Source of the DNA: a virus
Lineage: Duplodnaviria > Caudoviricetes
Reading direction: 5' to 3' (one strand)
IMG/VR virus record: IMGVR_UViG_3300032401_002140
Coordinates: 1-55,833 of that record
Length of the DNA: 55,833 nucleotides
Under the pieces are notes generated by a model. It had not been told where the DNA came from and did no database searches. It was given only the letters and a program-made list of their open reading frames with translations. Numbering within the stretch: position 1 is the first letter of the stretch; the number at the start of each line of letters is the position of its first letter. A program made the translations under genes and the position numbers. Shown here in pieces: positions 1 through 8,910 of this stretch.

Positions 1-127
1 GAAGGGAAACCGGGGATTGGGAATTCGTATGAAAGTGTAATACGGTCCTGGTATTCCGATGAGACGGTAGAAGTTGTGAATGAACAGGGAGAACCGAGTG
101 GGACATTCGTGGAGAGATATGAATTTA
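1..127. repeat. 127-bp terminal direct repeat, identical to 55707-55833; indicates a circular contig
   Basis: gaagggaaaccggggattggg...gatatgaattta occurs at both ends; 127 is a common assembler k-mer length. Confidence 0.95.
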
Positions 128-1164
128 CCCGGGAAGACCGGTTTGCCCTGGATTTATTTGGGACTCCCTGGTTTAGTTATTATACACATTTTATCCAGAA
201 GGAATGGGATGTCCTATTGGAATCATATGCGGATGTGGTGTTCGATCAGATTGATTTACGGTCCTATGAGAATACCAGTTGGGATTATAAACGGGCACGG
301 TTGACGGGTTCGATCCGGAATATATCGGGATTTATCTGGGTACCGGATTATACGAAACCGAATCATAAAAAGAAAGAGTTTAAAGATTATCTGGAATCGC
401 CCAATATCCCGATGGAAGTAGAGAAAACGGTGTACCGGTATGTGAATAAAGATCAAGCGAAGTTTTTATCCAGTTATTATAATATCAAACAACCGGAAGA
501 TTCATTGGATTCGGATTCATTCCGGCGGTGGACCTGGTTGTATACCCCGAAATGCGGGATGCTGGAAAAGGAACCGCCCCGGTATGAGACGGATATCAGA
601 AAGATGCAACCGGATAATATGATTGATCAGGATCCGGTATTTATGCAGGCGGAATCCAGTATTAAAATCTATACCCAGGATCATCCGAAACAATTCAGTA
701 TCCTGGTGAACCGGTTTTATTATAATGAGTTTGGATTAAAGAAACTTATTAAGAATGATATCACGCAACATCCCGGGAAAGTCCCGCGGGAGAAATCGTA
801 TCACCGGGCGATGCAGTTGGAGAGTGTGAGCGGGGAAGAAGGTAGCGATACCATGGATTCACCGGCGGATAAACATATCTTGCGATATCTGAATGCGATG
901 GAAGATGTGGATACATTGAGAGCATGGCGGGAGATGCTGGGACAATTGACAGGGGATTTGTGGTATCAGGTGGAATTGTCGGGGGATTATTTCATAGAAA
1001 AAGGATGGCCAGTGAATTTATATGATATCGAAAGTGTAGATGGAGAGAAGATTGTTAAACCGAGTTTAGCGGGTCAGGCATGGATTGAAGGGTTCCAGAC
1101 GGGGCATGATGGGAAACCGGGCAGCGCGGAGTCGATTGTATTGGTGGAAGGATCGTTAGTATGA
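1..1164 (+). CDS. C-terminal part of a ~672-aa putative tail/baseplate protein that starts at 54852 and crosses the join
   Basis: Frame 1 is open from base 1 and continuous with 54852-55833 through the terminal repeat; lies in the tail module. Confidence 0.7.
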   Translation, partial: EGKPGIGNSYESVIRSWYSDETVEVVNEQGEPSGTFVERYEFTREDRFALDLFGTPWFSYYTHFIQKEWDVLLESYADVVFDQIDLRSYENTSWDYKRARLTGSIRNISGFIWVPDYTKPNHKKKEFKDYLESPNIPMEVEKTVYRYVNKDQAKFLSSYYNIKQPEDSLDSDSFRRWTWLYTPKCGMLEKEPPRYETDIRKMQPDNMIDQDPVFMQAESSIKIYTQDHPKQFSILVNRFYYNEFGLKKLIKNDITQHPGKVPREKSYHRAMQLESVSGEEGSDTMDSPADKHILRYLNAMEDVDTLRAWREMLGQLTGDLWYQVELSGDYFIEKGWPVNLYDIESVDGEKIVKPSLAGQAWIEGFQTGHDGKPGSAESIVLVEGSLV

Positions 1165-1168
1165 AGAA

Positions 1169-1200
1169 AGTTTCTAGTTTAAAGTTTCTAGTTTCTAGTT
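1169..1200 (+). repeat. Heptamer tandem repeat family (AGTTTCT/AGTTTAA)n, representative copy
   Basis: Further copies near 1483, 2314, 6301, 12228, 12969, 16455, 26692, 28607, 41223, 41627, 41690, 44351, 47464, 47540, 48130, 54795; all on + strand, usually just after a stop codon. Confidence 0.9.
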
Positions 1201-1233
1201 CCCTCACCCTGGCCCTCTCCCAGGGGGAGAGGG
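1201..1233 (+). repeat. REP-like hairpin family A (CCCTCACCCTnnCCCTCTCCCnnnGGGAGAGGG), representative copy
   Basis: Copies at 1201, 1515, 2447, 7339, 42010, 44383, 48197; a related hairpin lies at ~33097-33131. Confidence 0.9.
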
Positions 1234-1249
1234 TGGAAAGGAATAAAAG

Positions 1250-1480
1250 ATGAAACGATATATCGGATTGGGGAATGTGGAGAGTGTGGAGAATTCAAGA
1301 AGGATAACACGGTTGAAGGATGAACAAGGGGAGTTGCAGGTGTTGGATAATTTGATATTGGGTATTTCCTTGAATCATGGATATGTACAGAATGCGGATG
1401 AAGCGGGGTTGTGGGGTTCGGAAGATGCAATTGTGGGTAGTATAGACCGGCATTCGGGGATAATATTAGATACGGTATAA
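1250..1480 (+). CDS. Hypothetical protein (tail module)
   Basis: 76-aa ORF with purine-rich RBS, between repeat cassettes. Confidence 0.6.
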   Translation: MKRYIGLGNVESVENSRRITRLKDEQGELQVLDNLILGISLNHGYVQNADEAGLWGSEDAIVGSIDRHSGIILDTV

Positions 1481-1576
1481 CCAGTTTCTAGTTTAAAGTT
1501 TCTAGTTTCTAGTTCCCTCACCCTAGCCCTCTCCCAGGGGTAGAGGGAAAAAGAAATAGGAAAGAAAGGAAGATAG

Positions 1577-2215
1577 ATGGGGAAGTTAGCATTATATTGG
1601 CCGGATCATTATACGATTAATTTACAATCTATCCCATATTTATTATGCGGGCAGGGGATTGAGAAAATTATGACGTTGGAATTGTGGTATATGAAAGGTG
1701 AAACGGCTGGGAATCCATTGATAGGGTTGGAATTAACTGCCGGAATGTTGGGGGAGGATATGGCGGGCGGGAAGGATATGTTGGAGAATGGATATTTACA
1801 AATTAGGCAGGGTGGGAGTACAGACGTTTGGACGGTTTTGGATGGATCGAATACGTTTTATATCGGGAATATGGAAGTGAATACGATGTATCCATTGGAA
1901 ATACGAATTATGATTCCGGAAGGTGCATTGAGCCAAGGGAAAGTAGGATGGAGATTGTTAGAAATGAATAGTTCAGGAGATGTACAAGAGGATCTGGATG
2001 GGGAGTTTGCAATCGCCTATGATATAAGCGGGAATGAAATTCTGGATGATGGGATTATGGCAGTATTATATGGTGATGGAATTTATGGAGCGGAATATAG
2101 GGATTATAATCATCATGATAAGCATCAATTTAGTATCATTATGACAGCGTTTATTATGGATATAGTAGATATTGCCCGGCGTCGGGAAGGGGGATGGATA
2201 TTGAATTTGAATTAA
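1577..2215 (+). CDS. Hypothetical virion structural protein
   Basis: 212-aa ORF with RBS; beta-rich character; tail module. Confidence 0.6.
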   Translation: MGKLALYWPDHYTINLQSIPYLLCGQGIEKIMTLELWYMKGETAGNPLIGLELTAGMLGEDMAGGKDMLENGYLQIRQGGSTDVWTVLDGSNTFYIGNMEVNTMYPLEIRIMIPEGALSQGKVGWRLLEMNSSGDVQEDLDGEFAIAYDISGNEILDDGIMAVLYGDGIYGAEYRDYNHHDKHQFSIIMTAFIMDIVDIARRREGGWILNLN

Positions 2216-2218
2216 GAA

Positions 2219-2252
2219 AAGCTATCGGCTGTCAGCTATCAACTATCGGCTA
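2219..2252 (+). repeat. Heptamer tandem family (GCTATCG/GCTATCA)n, representative copy
   Basis: Similar tracts at ~8801, 37368, 41662, 54672, all on + strand. Confidence 0.8.
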
Positions 2253-2258
2253 AATAAA

Positions 2259-2300
2259 GGCGTCGGGAAATATGTAAAGAACACTCCATTCCCGACGCAG
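2259..2300 (+). repeat. REP-like hairpin family B (GGCGTCGGGAA-N-TTCCCGACGCAG), representative copy
   Basis: Copies at ~2259, 31751, 41724, 47496, 47558, 48148, 54698; 10-bp stem with semi-conserved loop. Confidence 0.9.
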
Positions 2301-2369
2301 AAGAATAAAAACAAGTTTCTAGTTATTGAATAGGGATTCTTCGCGTTGCTCAGAATGACAATATTTTTA

Positions 2370-2407
2370 ATTCAACGTAGATTTATTATTTTGGGATGGA
2401 AGATAAT
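2370..2407 (+). promoter_or_regulatory. Putative late promoter 1 (ATTCAACGTAG box + GATAAT -10)
   Basis: Box shared with five other late-gene leaders; -10-like hexamer at offset 33; ATG 2417 is 47 nt downstream. Confidence 0.65.
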
Positions 2408-2416
2408 CTATGTCTT

Positions 2417-4090
2417 ATGTTAAGAAGAAGTCTCTTCAGCAGTAAACCCTCACCCTATCCCTCTCCCAGAGAGAGAGGGAAGCATGGATCATTGATTTAT
2501 ATCTACGGGATTTTATTCATCATGTTAATGTTGCCGGTGATGGGGTGGGGGTTTGGGGGGAGATATGATTGGTTCGATGTAGGGACGACGGTGGGGACTG
2601 ATACGATCGCGCATCCGCATTGGTATATAAATGAATTGGGACAGTTGAGTGTCCCGGCGGTGACGCAGTTGACGACGGGATGGAATTTTGGGGGAGGGAA
2701 TCAGAGTTATGTTCCTACTTCGGACACAGCATCTACGGCATTAAATATCGTAGGTGGTACATTTCCCCAGGCTACTACTACTCCCAAAGGTGGAATGTAT
2801 AGTAATTTAAGTGTGGGATATGCATCTAATGGCGGGGGAAGTTCTGTATTAACCATCACCACCACTCAATCAATAACATCTACTTCCGCCACTGGAGTAT
2901 TTGATATGTTCAGTTCAAAGAGTACCAAGAATTTTGCAGTTGTTACAACGGTAAACCATGATGGGATTGTTATGCCGTTTTTAGGAAATGACCAAGAAGA
3001 TGGAGTTCAATTAGCATTAGTATCTATATCTGCCACACAGTTTACTCAAATATATTTTGATATTGCCAGTGGTGATATGCCGATATCTTCAAGTGGTGAT
3101 TATTCTTTAAGTTCTGGCGGTGGATGGGTAGGAATTACCCCTACCAGTGATGGAACAAATGAATTTAATCAATCAGGAATGATGGTGTTTCCAAGTTCTG
3201 TAACTACATGGTGGGAAAGCACCACTATGAACAGTACTGGATACGCCTTTAAGAGATTTCTTCAGGAAGCATCTCAAGGCGATATAAATGGAACTCTGGA
3301 TGCTGTATCTTGTTATAATTTTACGTCCCAGAGTATAACTACGACACTCACGGCAGACAATATCTATGTTAATGGCAAAGTCTACGGCACTCCTACGGGA
3401 CTACCTGCGGGTACGTTTGGACAAGTTACGGGCAGTATACCCAACGGGAATTACTCTGGTCATACCACAACACCTTTAGCTGGTACGCATAGTGATAATA
3501 CTACTACTCCGATACCCGGCACTAACTCATCGCTAACAACTATAGCCAGTTCCATAGTTGGTGGAACAAATCCGACATTTAATTTATCAAGTTCCACTAC
3601 AGGATGGGTTAATGTACTATCTGTTAATTCTGCATATTCGGTGGTTACGGAATGGCGAAGTTTAAATATATATACTTTTGTAAATGGATATGCTTTTCCG
3701 GCGGCTGCAAGTGTTCCCTGGATTGGTTTCGGTGAGGGAATTATTATACCAAATAACGACGCACAAACTCTTTTTATTTTTCCGATAGGGGCACAAAATG
3801 GCGACCAGATTTTCGGAACAATAGTTACCGTTGAAGTCAATCATGCAAAAGATAGTGTTCAATGGTGGTTTAAATCTACTAAATCATCTGATAAATCAGC
3901 TAATTATACCAGTACCACAACCACTGTTTCAGGAACTGGGGGGTTTAGTGTCAATACAACAACTTGGAGTGCATACACTATTCCAGATGATGGTGTAGTG
4001 TATGTTCCACATTTAAAATTTATTGGTTATGCAAGTGTAGGAAGTAGGGTAGATGGAATATCAGTAGGATATATCAGAAGGAGATATTAG
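2417..4090 (+). CDS. Ser/Thr/Gly-rich fibre/adhesin-like protein with signal peptide (ORF open from 2396)
   Basis: Hydrophobic IYIYGILFIMLMLPVMGWG N-terminus; S/T/G-rich beta-like body; short internal repeat TTTP(L/I)xGT; end of tail module. Confidence 0.6.
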   Translation: MLRRSLFSSKPSPYPSPRERGKHGSLIYIYGILFIMLMLPVMGWGFGGRYDWFDVGTTVGTDTIAHPHWYINELGQLSVPAVTQLTTGWNFGGGNQSYVPTSDTASTALNIVGGTFPQATTTPKGGMYSNLSVGYASNGGGSSVLTITTTQSITSTSATGVFDMFSSKSTKNFAVVTTVNHDGIVMPFLGNDQEDGVQLALVSISATQFTQIYFDIASGDMPISSSGDYSLSSGGGWVGITPTSDGTNEFNQSGMMVFPSSVTTWWESTTMNSTGYAFKRFLQEASQGDINGTLDAVSCYNFTSQSITTTLTADNIYVNGKVYGTPTGLPAGTFGQVTGSIPNGNYSGHTTTPLAGTHSDNTTTPIPGTNSSLTTIASSIVGGTNPTFNLSSSTTGWVNVLSVNSAYSVVTEWRSLNIYTFVNGYAFPAAASVPWIGFGEGIIIPNNDAQTLFIFPIGAQNGDQIFGTIVTVEVNHAKDSVQWWFKSTKSSDKSANYTSTTTTVSGTGGFSVNTTTWSAYTIPDDGVVYVPHLKFIGYASVGSRVDGISVGYIRRRY

Positions 4091-4098
4091 GAAATAGC

Positions 4099-4527
4099 AT
4101 GAGAAAACTTTTATTTATAATCGTCATATTATCGTCAGTAACTTTTGCATATGCGTCAGGTATATATTCCCTATCGCTTGATTCGGTATGGAAACTAGAT
4201 ATCCCATCGGTGCTACAAGTGAAGTCTGATAAGTATGTCTTGCAGTATAAGGCAGTCGCTACGTTGGATAGTCTTGAACAATATAATGCCCTGCAAAAGG
4301 ATTCTACGATATTGGTATTGTTATCCAACGACACTATCCAGAATTGGAACATATTGCTTGATAAAAGGTTCAGGGGAATTGATAAAAGCAAAATTGTTAT
4401 TGTGGAAATCTACTATAAAATTACCGTTCCTGCTTTCAGCAAAGACCAAGCAGAAATGTCGGGGAATAAAGACAAGTTGTACATTGAAAAAAAATTGACG
4501 GAGAAAATATATAATGCCGGGAAGTAG
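4099..4527 (+). CDS. Exported hypothetical protein
   Basis: MRKLLFIIVILSSVTFAYA signal peptide. Confidence 0.65.
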   Translation: MRKLLFIIVILSSVTFAYASGIYSLSLDSVWKLDIPSVLQVKSDKYVLQYKAVATLDSLEQYNALQKDSTILVLLSNDTIQNWNILLDKRFRGIDKSKIVIVEIYYKITVPAFSKDQAEMSGNKDKLYIEKKLTEKIYNAGK

Positions 4528-4649
4528 AGGTGGTCAACAAACCTATGGGCAAACATTAGCCCAAAATTCTATTCTTAGACAAGAAGATAAATTAATACAA
4601 ATAATTATTCTATTGAAAGAGATAAAAAAATTATTAATGGAGAAAAACG

Positions 4650-4847
4650 GTGACGCTGGACTTAGAAAGCATTAAATACGTTGTCAATGTATTGGAAAAG
4701 AAAAAGGCATTAACTGCTTTTCTTATAGTTGCGTCTTTCTTTTTGGGTATGTATTGCCAAAAGCAAAGCACCGAATCGGCGTATCAATTACTGGAAAAAT
4801 CTTATGAACAATTAACCCACGCAAGTATTGAGGTACAGACCAGATGA
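4650..4847 (+). CDS. Small membrane protein (lysis region)
   Basis: One TM segment; overlaps next start (ATGA). Confidence 0.5.
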   Translation: MTLDLESIKYVVNVLEKKKALTAFLIVASFFLGMYCQKQSTESAYQLLEKSYEQLTHASIEVQTR

Positions 4848-5185
4848 AGATAGGAGACATTAGAAGCGGATATAGATATTATCGAGTATGTATATGGGGG
4901 TTGTTAAGTATGGCGTTGATATGGATTGTATTGCTTTTTAGTCTGATAGGAATGGCAGATGCACTTGATAATTCACCGAACAGTTTTATTACTTGGGGCG
5001 GTATCGCAATGTTTGTCGTTCCGGTTTTGCTTACATTGCTGGCATGGAGTTTTAAAAAACAGATGGATTCTTATATTAAACAGCTAGGGGAACATGATAG
5101 AGAATTGATGGAGATTCGAGAGGATTTAGCTAATCTCCGAGGAATTTTAGAAGGGAAGGAAAAAGCCAATGCTAGGAATAAGTAA
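4844..5185 (+). CDS. Holin-like membrane protein
   Basis: Two TM segments plus charged coiled-coil C-terminus. Confidence 0.5.
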   Translation: MKIGDIRSGYRYYRVCIWGLLSMALIWIVLLFSLIGMADALDNSPNSFITWGGIAMFVVPVLLTLLAWSFKKQMDSYIKQLGEHDRELMEIREDLANLRGILEGKEKANARNK

Positions 5186-5672
5186 AATAATTTGGGCTAT
5201 GTTCCTGATAATTCTTATTTGGTTTTTAGGTTGGTTATTTATCGGTTTGTATCCGTTTCAAATTATCAGGATGAATGTATTTACCATAGCACATACGGAG
5301 AATATCCATCGTGTAACCCTGTCAGACGATACCGTATTTGCAGGAGATACTATATTTCATGTTGGCGATTTAGTCAGCATATATAGAGACTTTGATAAGT
5401 TTCATAGTTTAGTGGGGGATGCTGATTTTTCATTCACCAATGGGGAAAGTTATTTGATTGCATCGTGGAAGGCAAACCGTTTTTCTGGATACAATACTCG
5501 TATCAATACATTCGTTATTGGCCAGAATATTCTTAGTGGAACATACCAAGGTGAACTAGTTGTAACATATCATCTTTTTAAGGGATTACGGGAAGAGACA
5601 TTCCGGTTCAATACCAGAGAATTTACGGTTATCAATCCAAATGATAGATATAAACTGAAAGTGAGATTGTAA
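5169..5672 (+). CDS. Membrane-anchored hypothetical protein (lysis region)
   Basis: N-terminal TM followed by a soluble beta domain. Confidence 0.55.
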   Translation: MLGISKIIWAMFLIILIWFLGWLFIGLYPFQIIRMNVFTIAHTENIHRVTLSDDTVFAGDTIFHVGDLVSIYRDFDKFHSLVGDADFSFTNGESYLIASWKANRFSGYNTRINTFVIGQNILSGTYQGELVVTYHLFKGLREETFRFNTREFTVINPNDRYKLKVRL

Positions 5673-5674
5673 AT

Positions 5675-5782
5675 ATGCAATTCTGGATTATGTTTTCACA
5701 GATATTATTGATAATCTGCCCTATAGCGATTGTCATTGGAATCATTATGATAAGTACAGGGCATGATAAAAAGTTTTGGTGA
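5675..5782 (+). CDS. 35-aa single-TM peptide (not in ORF track)
   Basis: MQFWIMFSQILLIICPIAIVIGIIMISTGHDKKFW fills the gap exactly. Confidence 0.4.
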   Translation: MQFWIMFSQILLIICPIAIVIGIIMISTGHDKKFW

Positions 5783-5790
5783 AGGAATAA

Positions 5791-6153
5791 ATGAGAAGAA
5801 AAAGAAGAAAAAGAAGAGAAATAAAAATTTTAAGAAGAATATTTAAGGTAATTTTGGTTATTTATATGATTAGAATTGCGAATTTATTATTGAAAGGGGT
5901 GAAAAGACTAATGGCAACACCAGATATTACAGCATTACAAGATGAGGTGGCTGCTTTAAAACAAGCGGATAGCGATATGAAAGGCCGGATTAAAACAGCG
6001 ATCGATAAACTGGAAGAAACAATTTCCAATCTGGAAAATCAATTAGCAGGGGTCCTTACCCAGGATCAAATCGATGCAATTACCGCGGATGTCAAAGGAG
6101 TCAAAGAAGATCTGGCTGGTGAAATCCCGGATCCAGATAATCCAGATTCTTAA
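5791..6153 (+). CDS. Coiled-coil protein (alternative start 5911)
   Basis: Heptad pattern ITALQDEVAALKQ...; acidic/Pro tail. Confidence 0.55.
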   Translation: MRRKRRKRREIKILRRIFKVILVIYMIRIANLLLKGVKRLMATPDITALQDEVAALKQADSDMKGRIKTAIDKLEETISNLENQLAGVLTQDQIDAITADVKGVKEDLAGEIPDPDNPDS

Positions 6154-6235
6154 AGATTACATAAAATCTTCCAGTTTTAAGAGAATGCGAATAAATAACT
6201 GCCGGATAGGCCATTCGTTGGTTAGTGTAAAACAG

Positions 6236-6274
6236 AGCCGGTACTGGTGCACCAGCCAGTTCCGGCTTTTTTAT
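6236..6274 (+). terminator. Intrinsic terminator
   Basis: agccggtactgg...ccagttccggct stem followed by a T-run. Confidence 0.6.
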
Positions 6275-6395
6275 TGAGTAAGGAAATGATCGGAAAGAAT
6301 AAGTTTCTAGTTTCTAGTTTAAAGTTTCTAATTAAAATATTGAATTCCAGCTTTAGCTGAAATGACAGGTTATTGGCGAAGGAGGTGAGGACGAG

Positions 6396-7010
6396 ATGAA
6401 GTTTAGATTATTTCTAGTAGTCTGCGTAATGATTTGTTTGGTATTGACTTTTATTATACCGTCTGTAATCCAGGCGGAACAAGTCATTAAGAAAGATTCG
6501 GGGACTCACCGGTATATAATTTTGGATATCCCACAATATTATCAGCAAAGGTTGATGTTGGGGACGAATTCAAACAGTACGGTGACGACAAATTTTGTAG
6601 TATCCGGGATTAGTTTACAGAATTTCTCAGCAGGTGTGGCCACCGATGAGTTATTTGGGTTGCACGGTAAAGCAGAAATTAAAACCTTAGCAGTTTTTCC
6701 GGTGATTGAATATTATACGAAGTCCGATGATGGAGTGACGTATAACCGGTTGATAAGTTTAGATTATAAAACTGAATTTAAAGAACATCATTTGTTATCG
6801 ATCGGCTGGGAGCTAAATAAAATCAATGACATCATCCGAAATGGATTGGGGACATCGAATGGAGTCATCAAGTTCCCGATCATATCTAACATTGCCGAGA
6901 ATTGGTTGGATTTGAAGATCAATTTTGATATCGGTCACGGGTCCAATCGGGGGAAACAGTTTATTAACGAGTTTGGGATTGGGTTGACGATAATCCAATT
7001 GAGCGGATAG
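6396..7010 (+). CDS. Exported hypothetical protein
   Basis: Strong SD (ggaggtga); signal peptide ending IQA-EQ; amphipathic beta-strand C-terminus. Confidence 0.65.
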   Translation: MKFRLFLVVCVMICLVLTFIIPSVIQAEQVIKKDSGTHRYIILDIPQYYQQRLMLGTNSNSTVTTNFVVSGISLQNFSAGVATDELFGLHGKAEIKTLAVFPVIEYYTKSDDGVTYNRLISLDYKTEFKEHHLLSIGWELNKINDIIRNGLGTSNGVIKFPIISNIAENWLDLKINFDIGHGSNRGKQFINEFGIGLTIIQLSG

Positions 7011-7115
7011 CTGCGCTCAGAATGATAATGAAAAAATTTAAGGTTGTGCGTTTGTTGTTCGCATTGCTAAAAGGGGAGATTAATTTCTCCCCTATTTAAA
7101 ACAGGAGGAAAAGAA

Positions 7116-7310
7116 ATGCAACCGAAATGGTTTATATTCTCAAAGACATTATGGGTTGGGGTTTTGCAGAAGATTGTAGCTGCGTATACGATTTATGCGG
7201 GATCTATACCAACCAAGTATGCCGGGTTGGCGTTGTTATTGTTCTCAATCGCGAATGATATTCTGCGATTCTTGACGGATACAACGTTGACATTTAAGAA
7301 ACCGGAATAG
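7116..7310 (+). CDS. Holin
   Basis: 64 aa with two TMs, W..SKTLW N-terminus and LRFLT C-terminal motif typical of small phage holins; precedes lytic enzymes. Confidence 0.65.
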   Translation: MQPKWFIFSKTLWVGVLQKIVAAYTIYAGSIPTKYAGLALLLFSIANDILRFLTDTTLTFKKPE

Positions 7311-7387
7311 AAACAGGGTTCAGGTTACAGTAAAAGAACCCTCACCCTAACCCTCTCCCAAGGGTAGAGGGGATAGAAAGGAAAGAT

Positions 7388-8167
7388 ATGATCAGGAGTA
7401 ATATAGAAACAGGGTTCAGGAAGAGGTTTGGATGGAACCGTCAGCTCCCGGATCCGCGGGATTATGTCCGGAAATTGCGATTTATAACCAAGGTATATCC
7501 AGATTTAGTTGATTTGAGACCGCAATGCTCACCTGTCTATGATCAGAATACAATTAATGCCGGTAGTTGTACGGGTTGTGCACTCGCATGTAATGTTCAA
7601 TATGATCGAATCAAACAAGGTTTGCCGGATTTTGTTCCTTCACGATTGTTTATTTATTACAACGAAAGAGAAATTGAAGGGACAGTAGATTATGATGCGG
7701 GAGCCAATTTGCGGGATGGGATTAAATCTATCGCCAATCAGGGGGTTTGTCCGGAAGATGAATGGCCGTATATATTTGAAAATCTTACGAAGAAACCGTC
7801 GGATCAATGTTATACCGATGCTTTGAAATATAAGGCGGTGAGATATGAAGCGGTCCCACAAATCAGGATGCATTTTAAGAATACCTTATGCAGCGGATAT
7901 CTTATCGTCGGAGGGATATCGGTATTCGAGAATTTCCCAATGGAAAGTTCGACCGGGGATATCCCGATGCCATTACCGGATTCGGGAATATTGGGTGGAC
8001 ATGCGATCGTTATCGTGGGATATGATGATCGGATCAGAAAGTTTATAATCCGGAATTCATGGGGAGATAAATGGGGAGATAAAGGATATGGATATATCCC
8101 CTATGAATATATCCTGAACCATGATATGGCGAGCGATTTTTGGACGATGCAGTTATTTATGAATTAA
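7388..8167 (+). CDS. Papain-like C1 cysteine peptidase
   Basis: VDLR, DQ...GSCTG (catalytic Cys), SRLFIYYN, GGHAIVIVGYDD (His), IRNSWG (Asn). Confidence 0.9.
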   Translation: MIRSNIETGFRKRFGWNRQLPDPRDYVRKLRFITKVYPDLVDLRPQCSPVYDQNTINAGSCTGCALACNVQYDRIKQGLPDFVPSRLFIYYNEREIEGTVDYDAGANLRDGIKSIANQGVCPEDEWPYIFENLTKKPSDQCYTDALKYKAVRYEAVPQIRMHFKNTLCSGYLIVGGISVFENFPMESSTGDIPMPLPDSGILGGHAIVIVGYDDRIRKFIIRNSWGDKWGDKGYGYIPYEYILNHDMASDFWTMQLFMN

Positions 8168-8296
8168 AAGAAAGGAGGGATGATATCGAAACAGGTTAAA
8201 CATGCCCGGGCAGGATAGCTATCTACTTCCCCCTTCAGATTTAAGTAGAAAATTGAGAGGTCCTGCCCGGTATTAATAAAAGATATCGGAATAAAA

Positions 8297-8800
8297 ATGG
8301 ATTATCAAATTACAGAGAAATTGATACATCATAACCGGTCGGGGAAATTGTTACAGCCGATGGGAATTGTGATTCATTCAACGGCAACATTGGGAGCGAC
8401 GGCCGAGAATGAACAGCATTATTTTGATAGTGATGATCGGCATGCCTCGGCGCATTATTTTGTAGACTGGAATGAAATTGTCCGGTGTATCCCGGAGAAT
8501 GAGGTAGCCTGGCATGCGGGACCGACGGCAAATCGTTTATATCTTGGAATCGAGATGTGTGAACCGCGGGGATTTGATGTCGTTCAGTTTCAGCAAGTTT
8601 GGGATAATACATTATGGCTAGTGAAAGATATCTCCCGGCGGTGGAAATGGTCGGAATTAAAAATATTCAGTCATCGAGAAATCCATATCATGTATGGGGA
8701 TACCAGTCATATCGATCCGGATCCATATTTTGATAAATATAACCGGACTTGGAGACAGTTTAAGAATGAAATTGGGATGAAGATTATCGGGTTATCATAG
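8297..8800 (+). CDS. N-acetylmuramoyl-L-alanine amidase (Amidase_2) endolysin
   Basis: IVIHST, SAHYFVD, AWHAG, GIEMCE, SH...HIDP Zn-amidase motifs. Confidence 0.9.
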   Translation: MDYQITEKLIHHNRSGKLLQPMGIVIHSTATLGATAENEQHYFDSDDRHASAHYFVDWNEIVRCIPENEVAWHAGPTANRLYLGIEMCEPRGFDVVQFQQVWDNTLWLVKDISRRWKWSELKIFSHREIHIMYGDTSHIDPDPYFDKYNRTWRQFKNEIGMKIIGLS

Positions 8801-8870
8801 CAATCGGCTATCAGCTGTCGGCTCTCGGCTAAAGAATCCAGAACGGTTGAAGAATTCAATGGATTGAATA

Positions 8871-8898
8871 GGGATTCTTCGCTGCGCTCAGAATGACA
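8871..8898 (+). repeat. REP-like hairpin family C (GGGATTCTTCGCTGCGCTCAGAATGACA), representative copy
   Basis: Copies at 2333, 7010 (partial), 8871, 12268, 13913, 16918, 18777, 19205, 29062; all on + strand. Confidence 0.9.
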
Positions 8899-8910
8899 GG
8901 ATGGAAAATG

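Noticed and set aside
1188-1430. Antisense ORFs containing PLPLGEGQGEG, SLWERARVR and similar (also 44207-44494, 48135-48411)
   Set aside because: Translations of repeat elements or shadows of real genes
2370-2397. ATTCAACGTAG box as a Xer recombination half-site
   Set aside because: It resembles a XerD arm loosely, but there is no second arm; fixed spacing to -10 hexamers and late start codons fits a promoter better
2417-4090. Diversity-generating retroelement or invertible fibre cassette
   Set aside because: No reverse transcriptase, template/variable repeat pair or inverted alternative fibre ends seen
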